This document shows positions 39,463 through 51,922 of a DNA stretch of 64,000 nucleotides, piece after piece. Below the pieces are notes generated by a model. The model searched no databases and was not told the DNA's origin. It saw only the letters and a list, made by a program, of their open reading frames with translations. The first letter of the stretch is position 1. Each line of letters opens with the position of its first letter. Source of the DNA: an uncultured Prevotellaceae bacterium (lineage in GTDB: Bacteria > Bacteroidota > Bacteroidia > Bacteroidales > Bacteroidaceae); contig CACYKA010000007.1 in NCBI GenBank assembly GCA_902774795.1, positions 1,338 to 65,337 of the forward strand. The letters run 5' to 3'. The position numbers and the translations under genes are program-made.

Positions 39463-40367
39463 TACTTATCCTTCCTACCGAAAATAGAGAAATGAACATA
39501 TCTCATTGGGTGAGCCTTAAGATCTATCAACAAAGAGTCAACATGTGACATTGCAGAACTGAGATGGTTGTATGCAGACTTATCATACATCAGCATGCCC
39601 AGAGTGCCCTCCTTTGAATTCAAAGCATTAGACATCCCCTCAACATTACTGAGAGTATTGTTAATCTTTGCCATCATGCCGTCAATGTCAATCTGGCTGA
39701 GATTATTTGACAGTTTCTCAGTATTGGCAAGGGTATTATTAGCATGCTTCATCATGCCTGGTACAGCATAATGGAGTTCTTTCATAAGACCATTTATCTC
39801 GAAAGTCGTCTCCTTAAGGTTCATCGTCATACCATCCAAATTGTACATCATATTATGCAACGCCGGATTAGCAAGTATCGCATTAAGGTTTGTCATTATG
39901 CTGTCCACCTTCGGAATAATGGCCTGAATATCAGGCATCATCTCAGCCACCTGCCCCAGCATGCCCTTGTCATCAATACCTTCTATGACTTCGCCTGGCT
40001 TCATACGTATAGCACCTTGCTTGCCCAGTATCAGGCTAACCTTGATATTTCCCATCAAGTCAGTCTCTATCTTCGCTTTTGTTCCATAAGGAATATACAG
40101 GCGAGGATCTATGTCACACTCCACTTCAATAGGACCTTGTTTCTCATAGTCAAACAAGATTCCTGTAACAGTACCCACCTTATAGCCGTTGGCATAGATT
40201 GACGTATTGTTTGTCAATCCTTTCAGGTCAGTAAACGACAACTTATACTCGACATTTCTGTCAAATATAGACATACCCTTCAGGAAATTCAGCCCGAAGA
40301 ACAAAAGCACGATAGCCACAACAGCTGTCAGCGCAATCTTAACCTCTCTTGAAAATAACTTTTTCAT
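39462..40367 (-). CDS. MlaD/MCE family protein
   Basis: N-terminal TM, GYKVGTV MCE motif, HPMRYVHFSIF end. Confidence 0.85.
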   Translation of the reverse strand: MKKLFSREVKIALTAVVAIVLLFFGLNFLKGMSIFDRNVEYKLSFTDLKGLTNNTSIYANGYKVGTVTGILFDYEKQGPIEVECDIDPRLYIPYGTKAKIETDLMGNIKVSLILGKQGAIRMKPGEVIEGIDDKGMLGQVAEMMPDIQAIIPKVDSIMTNLNAILANPALHNMMYNLDGMTMNLKETTFEINGLMKELHYAVPGMMKHANNTLANTEKLSNNLSQIDIDGMMAKINNTLSNVEGMSNALNSKEGTLGMLMYDKSAYNHLSSAMSHVDSLLIDLKAHPMRYVHFSIFGRKDK

Positions 40368-41506
40368 TGTACTCTTTTTCCGTCCCGGAATTTAACGACA
40401 AAGCATCCAGGAAATAAATTATTTAATTCTTTGCGATAATTATTTGCTTCACCCATTGTATCGAAGGAGCCGAGGGTATATTTCACCATCCCGTTTTCCT
40501 TGTAATATTCAGCATCGGTACGCCCTTTCAGACGATAGTCATTCTTTCTGAGCACGACATCGGTTGCAAGTATCTGTACCTTATATATAATCTTTGACTC
40601 AACTACCGGCTGCGGAACATTCAGAACTGGCTGCTCAATCTTTTCCTGAGGGGCAACATTCAGATCTTTTTCCTCCTCCTTCTTTTTTTCTTTGGATTTC
40701 TTTTCCTTCTTCGTATTTTCCCTTACAAATGGAGCCTTGCCACCATTATGATTTTCATTCTTATACTGGGCAAAAGCGTTATATATACCTCTTGCCATAT
40801 TATCTATACCAGCCTGGCTATTAAGATAGCTCTCCTCGTCCGGCGTAGAAATAAAGCCGAGTTCTATGAGGCAACTGGGCATCGAAGTTGCTCTGAGCAC
40901 AAGAAATCCGGCTTGTTTTACCCCCTTATCCAAACGGCCAGCCAAAGAGCATGTATTTTTCTGAACTAATTTGGCCAGTTCTACGCTCTTCTGCATATTA
41001 TTGTCCTGCATGAACTCAAATATGATATAGCTCTCAGCCGAATTTGGGTCAAAACCCTTATATGTTTCCTTATAGTCTTTCTCCTGCAAGATGACCTGAT
41101 TCTCGCGCTTGGCCACCTCAAGATTGTCAGCAGCCCTGTGCATTCCCAGGGTATATGTCTCCATTCCTCTGGAGATTCGACCATTGGGCAGAGAGTTGGT
41201 ATGAATACTCATAAACAAGTCAGCCTTTGCCTTGTTTGCAATTGTCGCCCTACCATCCAATGTAACAAAGACATCTGTCGTCCTTGTATATATCACCTTG
41301 ACATCAGGACAGTTACGTTCCACATATCTGCCGAAAGCCAGCGCGACATTGAGGTTTATGTCCTTCTCCTTTGAGAAGGCTCCCACGGCTCCAGCATCAT
41401 GTCCGCCATGACCGGCATCTATAACCAGCGTAAATGTCTTGCCCCCCATATTTACTGAGAAAGCAAGGAAAAACAGCAATGAAATTAGGCCCTTTAATCT
41501 AAACAT
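40364..41506 (-). CDS. N-acetylmuramoyl-L-alanine amidase (Amidase_3 with SPOR-like tail)
   Basis: IDAGHGG, SIHTN and ELGFIS motifs. Start probably ATG at 41506. Confidence 0.9.
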   Translation of the reverse strand: MFRLKGLISLLFFLAFSVNMGGKTFTLVIDAGHGGHDAGAVGAFSKEKDINLNVALAFGRYVERNCPDVKVIYTRTTDVFVTLDGRATIANKAKADLFMSIHTNSLPNGRISRGMETYTLGMHRAADNLEVAKRENQVILQEKDYKETYKGFDPNSAESYIIFEFMQDNNMQKSVELAKLVQKNTCSLAGRLDKGVKQAGFLVLRATSMPSCLIELGFISTPDEESYLNSQAGIDNMARGIYNAFAQYKNENHNGGKAPFVRENTKKEKKSKEKKKEEEKDLNVAPQEKIEQPVLNVPQPVVESKIIYKVQILATDVVLRKNDYRLKGRTDAEYYKENGMVKYTLGSFDTMGEANNYRKELNNLFPGCFVVKFRDGKRVQ

Positions 41507-41511
41507 AGTAA

Positions 41512-41558
41512 TGTGGAAAAACCTTGCAAAGATACATTTTTTTTTCCACTTATCCACA
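41512..41558 (-). promoter_or_regulatory. Amidase-mlaD-dnaA promoter with DnaA boxes
   Basis: -7 box TATCTTTG at 41527-41534 (minus strand). Perfect TTATCCACA at 41550-41558 and one-mismatch TTTTCCACA at 41512-41520. Confidence 0.75.
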
Positions 41559-41673
41559 GAGCAACGGATATTTTAAGGTTTATTAAGAATGTCTCTACAA
41601 AAATTTTCATTGCCCTCTCCTTATATAATAAGGTTTTAATATCTTTGCACGGAAATTTTAAAAACAAAAGACT

Positions 41674-41985
41674 ATGGCTAATCAAAAAGACAATCAGTTA
41701 CAAATTGACATCGCCCCAGAAGTGGCACGTGGCGTATATAGTAATTTTGCCATCATTTCGCATTCACGTGCTGAGTTTATCATCGATTTAGCATCATCAC
41801 TTCCTGGTTCACCCAAAGCTCAGGTGGTGAGTCGTGTAGTACTTGCTCCAGAGCATGCTAAGCGTCTTCTGCTTGCTTTGCAGGAGAATGTGATGCGCTA
41901 CGAAAAAGAACACGGACAGATACCACTCGAATCTGCAGCAAAGCCTTCCGTACCAAGAACAGCAAATCCTTTCGGAGAAGCATAA
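41674..41985 (+). CDS. DUF3467 family protein
   Basis: GVYSNFAIISHS and PEHAKRL motifs. Promoter box TATCTTTG at 41640. Confidence 0.85.
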   Translation: MANQKDNQLQIDIAPEVARGVYSNFAIISHSRAEFIIDLASSLPGSPKAQVVSRVVLAPEHAKRLLLALQENVMRYEKEHGQIPLESAAKPSVPRTANPFGEA

Positions 41986-41986
41986 T

Positions 41987-42307
41987 ATGAGATTCGCCTT
42001 TAAAATGTTCCTCAAACCCGGCTGCGAGGAAGAGTATCAGAAAAGACACAATGCCATCTGGCCGGAATTAGTAAAGATGATTAAAGATGGCGGCGTAAGC
42101 AACTACTCCATTTTCTGGGACAAGGACACCAACATTCTGTTTGGCTATCAGGAATGTGAGGGGGAAGGGAATTCCCAAGACACTTCCAACGGCATAGACC
42201 CTATTACTCAGAAATGGTGGGACATGATGGCCGACATCATGGAGGTAAATCCCAAAGACAATTCACCTGTCACCATACCAATCAAAGAGGTTTTCCATCT
42301 CGACTAA
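41987..42307 (+). CDS. rhaM: L-rhamnose mutarotase
   Basis: EYQKRHNAIWPE, KWWDMM and EVFHLD motifs. Confidence 0.88.
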   Translation: MRFAFKMFLKPGCEEEYQKRHNAIWPELVKMIKDGGVSNYSIFWDKDTNILFGYQECEGEGNSQDTSNGIDPITQKWWDMMADIMEVNPKDNSPVTIPIKEVFHLD

Positions 42308-42319
42308 TCTTTCAGGCTA

Positions 42320-42685
42320 GTGGTGGGTATCGTTTATCTTGAGGATCTGCGTCTTCATGCCTATCATGGTGTGGGAGAATTGGAGCACAACGTTGGCAAC
42401 GATTATGTTATCAACGTCAGCGTAGAATATCCCATAGAGACCGCCTGTCATTCCGATGATGTCAGCGACACCTTGAATTATGCCATTCTGGCCGACATAG
42501 TAAAAGCAGAGATGAGCGTACCAAGCAAGTTGCTTGAGCATGTTGCCTATCGCATTTGGGAAACCCTTATTTCACGCTTTCCCCTTACCGCAAGTGCCAC
42601 TATAGACATAAAGAAAGTCGCACCTCCTTTTTCTGCCGACTGTGACGGAGCCGGAGTGAGAATAACAATGCAAACAGGAAGATAA
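42320..42685 (+). CDS. folB: Dihydroneopterin aldolase
   Basis: AYHGVGELE, DTLNY and SKLLEHVA motifs. Confidence 0.9.
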   Translation: MVGIVYLEDLRLHAYHGVGELEHNVGNDYVINVSVEYPIETACHSDDVSDTLNYAILADIVKAEMSVPSKLLEHVAYRIWETLISRFPLTASATIDIKKVAPPFSADCDGAGVRITMQTGR

Positions 42686-42706
42686 GACAAAATAAACAGT
42701 ATAAAA

Positions 42707-45903
<3,197 letters not shown>

Positions 45904-45904
45904 A

Positions 45905-45967
45905 TAGTTTACGGTTTACATTTCACATTTCACATCTTACATCTTCCCTCTTACATCATACATCTCA
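45905..45967 (+). repeat. Drifting heptamer array after ligA
   Basis: tagttta cggttta catttca catttca catctta catcttc cctctta catcata catctca. Confidence 0.85.
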
Positions 45968-45968
45968 A

Positions 45969-47033
45969 ATGACCATCCACTTCTTCAACCCCGATCACGA
46001 CATCGCACTGGCAATGAACCTGAGTCGTTTTTCAACGCCCCACGTTGGAAGACAGATGCGTTCAGACCTGGGCTATATCCCTGCATTGTGGGCAGAAGGC
46101 GGTGACATCGTCATTGTTGAAGATATAGACGCTGCAGACCTGCTTTACAGAAGACATAATATCGCAAAGGCAAAGGTGGAATTCCTTACTCTGGAGCAAC
46201 TGAAAAACTACGATTTCAGCGATTATTCCATCGCCCCTTGGGGGTGGAACAAGAGCATTCGCACAATGTTCCTTGATGCCAAGACTGCGAAAGGATCGCT
46301 GCCGTCAGAAGACAGTATTGATGCCATCCGACAGCTGTCTAACAGGTCACTTGCCGTAGAACTTCTCAAACACCTCACAGCGACAGAGGGCACCATCGGC
46401 ACCTCTCATATCTGTACTTCCAAAGGTGAGATTGACGCCCTTTTAATGCAATATAAGGATATTGTAGTCAAGGCTCCCTGGAGCAGCAGCGGACGTGGAG
46501 TAAGATACATCCACATCGACGATGCCCCCAACGAGAACACCCAAAAATGGATAGACAACACCATCATGCGCCAGGGAACGATAATCGTAGAGAAGAAATG
46601 CCATAAGGTCCTTGACTTCGCTATGGAATACTGCGCCCTCCCTGATGGAGAGGTGAGATATGAAGGTCTGTCGCTGTTTACCACCAAGAACGGGGCATAT
46701 ACTGGCAATCTGCTTCTCCCTGAAGAAGAGAAAGAAGAACGTCTGGCTCAGTACCTCTCCCCTGCCCTGCTCGATGAAATCAAGGAAAAGACAGAACAGT
46801 TCCTTTCCGACAGGATAGAGGGAGCCTACATCGGGCCCCTCGGGGTTGATATGATGGTTTGCAGGGACGCCACCGCCCCTTCAGGGCAGGATATCAGGCT
46901 CAATCCATGCATCGAGATAAATATGCGCCGCACTATGGGGCATGTAGCATTAGCGCTGTCCAGAAAAGGGCAGCGGGGAACAATGTCAATAGACTATGAT
47001 GGAAAGAACTATCGATTCCACATTCGCAAATAG
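45969..47033 (+). CDS. Conserved hypothetical protein, ATP-grasp-like
   Basis: PWGW, VKAPWSSSGRG, GPLGVDM and EINMRRT motifs. Confidence 0.65.
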   Translation: MTIHFFNPDHDIALAMNLSRFSTPHVGRQMRSDLGYIPALWAEGGDIVIVEDIDAADLLYRRHNIAKAKVEFLTLEQLKNYDFSDYSIAPWGWNKSIRTMFLDAKTAKGSLPSEDSIDAIRQLSNRSLAVELLKHLTATEGTIGTSHICTSKGEIDALLMQYKDIVVKAPWSSSGRGVRYIHIDDAPNENTQKWIDNTIMRQGTIIVEKKCHKVLDFAMEYCALPDGEVRYEGLSLFTTKNGAYTGNLLLPEEEKEERLAQYLSPALLDEIKEKTEQFLSDRIEGAYIGPLGVDMMVCRDATAPSGQDIRLNPCIEINMRRTMGHVALALSRKGQRGTMSIDYDGKNYRFHIRK

Positions 47034-47817
47034 CCTGCTCAAGGCACGCCCTGCCGACGGGCACAAAGGCACCTTCGGTCACGCCCTTATCATAGCAGGG
47101 CAGTACGGAATGGCAGGCGCCTCCGTTCTTGCTGCGCGCTCCTGTCTTCGCAGCGGAGCAGGCAAGGTAACCGTCTGCTGTCCCCAGAAGAATAACGATA
47201 TCCTGCAGATGTCAGTACCAGAGGCCATTCTCAGGCACGATGTCTCTGCCACACACTTTTCTGAGCCTATAGACATTTCCGGCTATGATGCCATAGCGAT
47301 AGGACCGGGTCTCGGCACATCAGCTGAGACAGCTCAGGCTTTGCATGAACAGTTGCTAGCCATTAAGAGTTCTTCTTCCAGATGCCCATTGATATTGGAT
47401 GCTGACGCACTGAATATCATCAGTCAGAATCCCTCATGGGCTGCCGACATACCAGACGGCACCATTATTACCCCGCATAAAGGCGAACAGAAACGGCTTC
47501 GTGATGCGAATATAAATCTTGAGCGGTTTATCCTTGTCGATAAAGGTCATCCTACGAGGATAATTTTGCCAACCCACGACGTCTTCACTTGTCCTTATGG
47601 CAATAGCGGTATGGCGACGGCAGGTTCAGGCGATGTGCTGACGGGTATTATTGTTGGTTTGCTGGCGCAAGGCTATGAGCCGCAAGATGCAGCCATTCTT
47701 GGAGTCACCCTCCACGCCCTTGCCGGTGATGCCGCAGCGGCAGACTTAGGCCCCCACTCCGTCATAGCCTCAGACATCACAGAACACCTTCCACAAGCTT
47801 TCAGCCGTATTTTTTGA
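46996..47817 (+). CDS. nnrD: ADP-dependent NAD(P)H-hydrate dehydratase (stand-alone)
   Basis: HKGTFG, IGPGLG, LDADAL and ATAGSGDVLTG motifs. Confidence 0.88.
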   Translation: MMERTIDSTFANSLLKARPADGHKGTFGHALIIAGQYGMAGASVLAARSCLRSGAGKVTVCCPQKNNDILQMSVPEAILRHDVSATHFSEPIDISGYDAIAIGPGLGTSAETAQALHEQLLAIKSSSSRCPLILDADALNIISQNPSWAADIPDGTIITPHKGEQKRLRDANINLERFILVDKGHPTRIILPTHDVFTCPYGNSGMATAGSGDVLTGIIVGLLAQGYEPQDAAILGVTLHALAGDAAAADLGPHSVIASDITEHLPQAFSRIF

Positions 47818-47849
47818 GATTATCTATCCCTGTGGCTTACCTCATCAAG

Positions 47850-47972
47850 CAGCCGCCGCGCAAAATAGTCTTACCCACTAACCGCTAACCGCTCGCTCGG
47901 CTCTGCCGCTTTTACAAAGCGTAGCGACTAAAAGAACCGTTAACCGTTATGTTCCCCCTGCGTCGGCGGCAG
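47850..47972. repeat. GC-clamp composite repeat, copy A
   Basis: cagccgccgcgca ... cgctcgctcggctctgccgctt ... tgcgtcggcggcag. Confidence 0.85.
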
Positions 47973-48008
47973 AAGCAGTTTTGAAAAACAAAAATAATTT
48001 ATCAAAAA

Positions 48009-48040
48009 CTTGCGTATTCCAAAATTTTTGTTTATCTTTG
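48009..48040 (+). promoter_or_regulatory. higBA promoter
   Basis: CTTG, 20-nt spacer, TATCTTTG. The ATG is 8 nt downstream. Confidence 0.7.
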
Positions 48041-48048
48041 CCCCCGAA

Positions 48049-48348
48049 ATGAGAATAGTATCACATAGACGGTTAGTAGAGTTCTACAGCTCAGAAGGGC
48101 ATGGAGACTCTCAGGCTGCTCTCGAACGCTGGTATTATATGGCCGAAAGAGCTGAGTGGAAGAACCTATCAGACATCAAGGTTGATTCCCCTGCTACAGA
48201 CTATGTTGGCAACCAACATTACGTATTCAATATCAAGGGGAACAAATATCGCTTGGTAGTAGTGGTTAAATTCACTATAGGACATATATTTATCCGCTTT
48301 GTGGGCACTCACAGCGAATATGACAAGATAGATGCAGCAACAATTTAA
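48049..48348 (+). CDS. higB: HigB family toxin
   Basis: MRIVS, VFNIKGNKYRLVV and FVGTHSEYDKID motifs. Start reassigned to 48049. Confidence 0.92.
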   Translation: MRIVSHRRLVEFYSSEGHGDSQAALERWYYMAERAEWKNLSDIKVDSPATDYVGNQHYVFNIKGNKYRLVVVVKFTIGHIFIRFVGTHSEYDKIDAATI

Positions 48349-48364
48349 TTAGGGAGGAAAGATT

Positions 48365-48727
48365 ATGAGTAAGATTACAAAGGAGAAATACGAGTTTGCA
48401 TTGGCACGCATTGAAGAACTGCTGCCGATGGTAGATGATAACACCCCTGCCAATGATCGCAATGCGGTGGAACTAACGTTGATGTCGGATGTTGTGATAG
48501 AGTATGAAAAAGAACACTATCCCATTGCTAGGCCAACTGTAGCCCAGCTCATTCAATTGTCTCTCGATGAAAAGAACATGAGTCAGAAGCAGCTGGCAGA
48601 AGAAATTGGAGTAAGCCCGTCACGAATTAGTGATTATATCTCCGGACGAGCAGAGCCTACGCTCAAAATTGCACGTATGCTATGCTTGACACTTGGAATA
48701 ACACCAGCAGCCATGTTAGGTTGCTAA
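48365..48727 (+). CDS. higA: HigA family antitoxin (Xre HTH)
   Basis: YEKEHYPI followed by the HTH SQKQLAEEIGVSPSRISDY. Confidence 0.9.
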   Translation: MSKITKEKYEFALARIEELLPMVDDNTPANDRNAVELTLMSDVVIEYEKEHYPIARPTVAQLIQLSLDEKNMSQKQLAEEIGVSPSRISDYISGRAEPTLKIARMLCLTLGITPAAMLGC

Positions 48728-48763
48728 ACATTCTTTCTCTTACATCTTCCCCCTATCACAACC

Positions 48764-48802
48764 AAGCGGAGACCGCAAAATAAAAATGCAGTCTCCGCTT
48801 TT
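48764..48802 (+). terminator. Hairpin after higA
   Basis: aagcggagac.gca/tgc.gtctccgctt followed by TT. Confidence 0.7.
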
Positions 48803-48810
48803 CTATAATC

Positions 48811-48944
48811 GCTAAACGCTAAACGCTCGCTCGGCTCTGCCGCTTGCCGGAGCAAGTTCCGAACTATGCTCGCCTGAGCACCCACGGAGCGCAAGAACCA
48901 TACACCATTAACCCTGAACCATCTTACCCATGCGTCGGCGGCTG
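48811..48944. repeat. GC-clamp composite repeat, copy B
   Basis: 22 bp identical to copy A (48824-48845) and tgcgtcggcggctg at 48931-48944. Confidence 0.85.
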
Positions 48945-48949
48945 TATTC

Positions 48950-51103
48950 TTACTCTTCTTCGTTAGAAGCATTCTCTGCTATGAGCTGCTGCTGCAGGTC
49001 GCTTGGCATGAGCTCGTAGGATGCGAAGCTTGCATTGAAGCTAGCACGGCCTCCTGTGAGAGAACTGAGGGCTACAGAATAGTTGGACAGCTCCTTGAGT
49101 GGTATCTTAGCCTGAAGCTTCTGATAGCCGTTCTCCATATCCATACCCATAATCATAGCACGACGGCCCTGAAGGTCGGACATTACGTCACCTGTCATAT
49201 CTGCCGGCACATAGACCTCGAGGTCGTAGATAGGCTCCAGAATCTTCGGATTGGCCTTCTTGAACGCCTCAGAGAATGCATTGCGGGCAGCGAGCATGAA
49301 TGACAACTCGTTAGAATCAACCGGGTGCATCTTACCATCATAAACAATGACGCGCACGTCGCGTGCATAAGAGCCTGTCAGCGGACCACGTTCCATCTTC
49401 TCCATCACACCCTTCAGGATGGCTGGCATGAAACGCATATCGATGGCACCGCCCACGACGGTATTGATGAATACGAGCTTTCCGCCCCACTCCAGGTCAA
49501 CCTCTTCGCGAGACTTCACATTCATCTTCACTTCCTGACCGTTGAGCCTATATGTCGTTGGATCTGGCATACCGTCAGCGTATGGCTCCACGATAAGGTG
49601 TACCTCACCGAACTGTCCTGCACCGCCTGACTGCTTCTTGTGACGATAGTCTGCCTGTGCGCTCTTGGTGATTGTCTCACGATAAGGGATGCGCGGCTCA
49701 AGATATTCTATCTCAATCTTATCGATATTCTCAAGACGCCACTTGAGGGTACGCAGATGGAACTCTCCCTGTCCGCGAACGATTGTCTGACGGAGTTCCT
49801 TTGACTGCTCAACAATCCATGTTGGGTCTTCCTGACGCATGCGTGTGAGTGCAGCCATCATCTTCTCAGTATCTGCCTCCTTCTTGGCCTTGATGGCACG
49901 GGAATACTTGGAATTAGGATATTTCACAAAGTCGAAGCGGTTCTCGCAGTCCTTGCCGTTCAGGGTATTGCCTGTCTTCACGTCCTTGAGCTTTACGGTA
50001 CAGCCGATGTCGCCTGCCACCATCTCATCAACCGGCACACGCTGAGCACCTGCGCAGGTGAATATCTGGCCAAGACGCTCCTTGGTACCACGGTCGGCAT
50101 TGGTGAGGTCGTCGCCTGGCTTAACCTTACCGCTCATAACCTTGAAGTACTGCACCTCACCGATGTGTGGCTCGATACCTGTCTTGAAGAAATAGAGTGA
50201 CTCCGGACCGTTGGCGTCAACCTTCACTTCCTCGCCGCGAGTGTTGTGAACCTTTGGCATCTCGTCAACGAAAGGAACGACATTGCCAAGGAACTCCATA
50301 AGTCTGCGGACACCCATGCACTTGCCTGCACATACGCAGAATACTGGGAATATAGAACGTGTAACAAGACCCTTGCGGATACCCTCACGCAGTTCGTCTT
50401 CTGTCAGAGTCTCTGTCTCGAAGTATTTCTCCATCAGACCCTCGTCATTCTCAGCGGCAGCCTCAACAAGAGCTCTGTGAAGCTCCATTGCCTTGTCCTT
50501 CTCCTCAGCAGGAATTTCCTCGATAGTTGGTGCACCACCTTCAGGTCCCCATGAATACTTCTTCATCAGAAGCACGTCAATCAGTGCATTGAAGTCAGGA
50601 CCTTCGTTGAGAGGATACTGGATAGGCACTACCTTCGGGCCATAGATTTCCTGCAGCTTCTCGAGAGTGTTGTGATAGTCACACTTCTCGCCGTCAAGCT
50701 GGTTAACAAGGAAGATAACAGGCTTCTTCAGCTTCTCCGTATAGCGGAAATGGTTCTGTGTGCCTACTTCAGGGCCATACTGACCATTAATAAGGAGCAC
50801 GCAGGTGTCTGTCACCTCCAATGCTGTCAGGGCAGCTCCTACGAAGTCGTCACTTCCCGGACAGTCAATCATGTTCAGTTTCTTGTTGTTCCACTCCACA
50901 TTATATACAGTAGAGAAGACAGAATAACCATACTCCTGCTCTACTGGGAAGTAGTCAGAAACTGTGTTCTTCTGTGTAATGCGACCACGTCTGCTGATAA
51001 CACCTGCTTCATAGAGAAGGCTTTCTGTCAGAGTGGTCTTACCCGATCCGTCATTGCCTAAGAGCGCAATGTTCTTGATTTCATTTGTCTGATAAACTCG
51101 CAT
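48950..51103 (-). CDS. fusA2: Elongation factor G paralog (EF-G2)
   Basis: GNDGSGKT, EQEYGYSV in place of ERGITI, DCPG, NQLD, KKQSGGAGQF and HPVDS. Confidence 0.92.
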   Translation of the reverse strand: MRVYQTNEIKNIALLGNDGSGKTTLTESLLYEAGVISRRGRITQKNTVSDYFPVEQEYGYSVFSTVYNVEWNNKKLNMIDCPGSDDFVGAALTALEVTDTCVLLINGQYGPEVGTQNHFRYTEKLKKPVIFLVNQLDGEKCDYHNTLEKLQEIYGPKVVPIQYPLNEGPDFNALIDVLLMKKYSWGPEGGAPTIEEIPAEEKDKAMELHRALVEAAAENDEGLMEKYFETETLTEDELREGIRKGLVTRSIFPVFCVCAGKCMGVRRLMEFLGNVVPFVDEMPKVHNTRGEEVKVDANGPESLYFFKTGIEPHIGEVQYFKVMSGKVKPGDDLTNADRGTKERLGQIFTCAGAQRVPVDEMVAGDIGCTVKLKDVKTGNTLNGKDCENRFDFVKYPNSKYSRAIKAKKEADTEKMMAALTRMRQEDPTWIVEQSKELRQTIVRGQGEFHLRTLKWRLENIDKIEIEYLEPRIPYRETITKSAQADYRHKKQSGGAGQFGEVHLIVEPYADGMPDPTTYRLNGQEVKMNVKSREEVDLEWGGKLVFINTVVGGAIDMRFMPAILKGVMEKMERGPLTGSYARDVRVIVYDGKMHPVDSNELSFMLAARNAFSEAFKKANPKILEPIYDLEVYVPADMTGDVMSDLQGRRAMIMGMDMENGYQKLQAKIPLKELSNYSVALSSLTGGRASFNASFASYELMPSDLQQQLIAENASNEEE

Positions 51104-51147
51104 AGTTTAATTATTTAGGTTATACAATGATTTTTAGAGTTTGACTG

Positions 51148-51178
51148 CAAAGATACGCTTTTTTTCTGAAAGAACAAA
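51148..51178 (-). promoter_or_regulatory. fusA2 promoter
   Basis: Minus strand TTTG, 19-nt spacer, TATCTTTG. Confidence 0.8.
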
Positions 51179-51211
51179 TAATTTTACATTTTTTAAAGAA
51201 AGAATACCCTC

Positions 51212-51283
51212 TCACTCCCTTTTTCACTCCCTTTTTCACTCCCCTTATCACTCCCCTTATCACTCCCCTTATCACTCCCCTTA
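51212..51283. repeat. 12-bp tandem repeat x6 (TCACTCCCYTTW)
   Basis: tcactccctttt x2 then tcactcccctta x4, between divergent promoters. Confidence 0.95.
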
Positions 51284-51323
51284 CATATTTTTCCTTGTCA
51301 TAGGACAAGAAATAGCAAAAAAA

Positions 51324-51355
51324 TTTGCTTAATTGAAAAAAAAGTCGTACCTTTG
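51324..51355 (+). promoter_or_regulatory. yceD-rpmF-fabH-era promoter
   Basis: TTTG, 20-nt spacer, TACCTTTG. Confidence 0.8.
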
Positions 51356-51363
51356 TCGCCCGA

Positions 51364-51900
51364 ATGTCTAGTTTCGAGATGCTTGATATTGACCTGAAAG
51401 CCCTTACTGAGGACTCTAACGAGTTCACTTTAGTGCTTGACGACTCATACTTCAATGCTCTCGACGATGCTGAAATACAGCATGGGACAGTAACTGTCAC
51501 CGTACTTCTGCGCAAGATGCCGTCAGACCAGTTCGCCCTTTCATTCACAATAGAGGGCAGCGTCACGATTCCGTGTGACCTTTGTCTTGACGACATGGAG
51601 CAGCCAGTAAAAGGACAGTGCAGCTACATCGTCAAACTGGGCACGGAGTCCGGCGTCGATGACGAGGTGATAGTGGTGGATGAGAATCAAGGCATCCTCT
51701 CACTCCCTTGGATTATCTACGAGACAATAGTATTGGCAATACCCATCAAGCACGTTCATGCACCTGGAAAATGCAATGCTGCGATGACGGAAAAGCTCGA
51801 AGAGCTGTCAGCCACCCGAAGTGGTGATGAGGAGGCCAGCATCAGCGATGATAACGCTATTGACCCACGCTGGGCGGCATTGAAAAAGTTTAAAGATTAA
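51364..51900 (+). CDS. yceD: YceD/DUF177 protein
   Basis: CDLCL and DPRWAALKK motifs, upstream of rpmF. Confidence 0.9.
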   Translation: MSSFEMLDIDLKALTEDSNEFTLVLDDSYFNALDDAEIQHGTVTVTVLLRKMPSDQFALSFTIEGSVTIPCDLCLDDMEQPVKGQCSYIVKLGTESGVDDEVIVVDENQGILSLPWIIYETIVLAIPIKHVHAPGKCNAAMTEKLEELSATRSGDEEASISDDNAIDPRWAALKKFKD

Positions 51901-51922
51901 AGTTTAAAGATTAAAAAGAATT

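Noticed and set aside
41507-41673. Firm oriC call
   Set aside because: Only one perfect DnaA box in about 170 bp, and skew cannot be computed here. Autoregulation is the simpler explanation.
48950-51103. Degenerate GTPase motifs as a novelty
   Set aside because: They match the already described Bacteroidota EF-G2.
51120-51596. ORFs with RGVI or HSPY repeats
   Set aside because: They are translations of the 12-bp tandem repeat and run across promoters and antisense to yceD.
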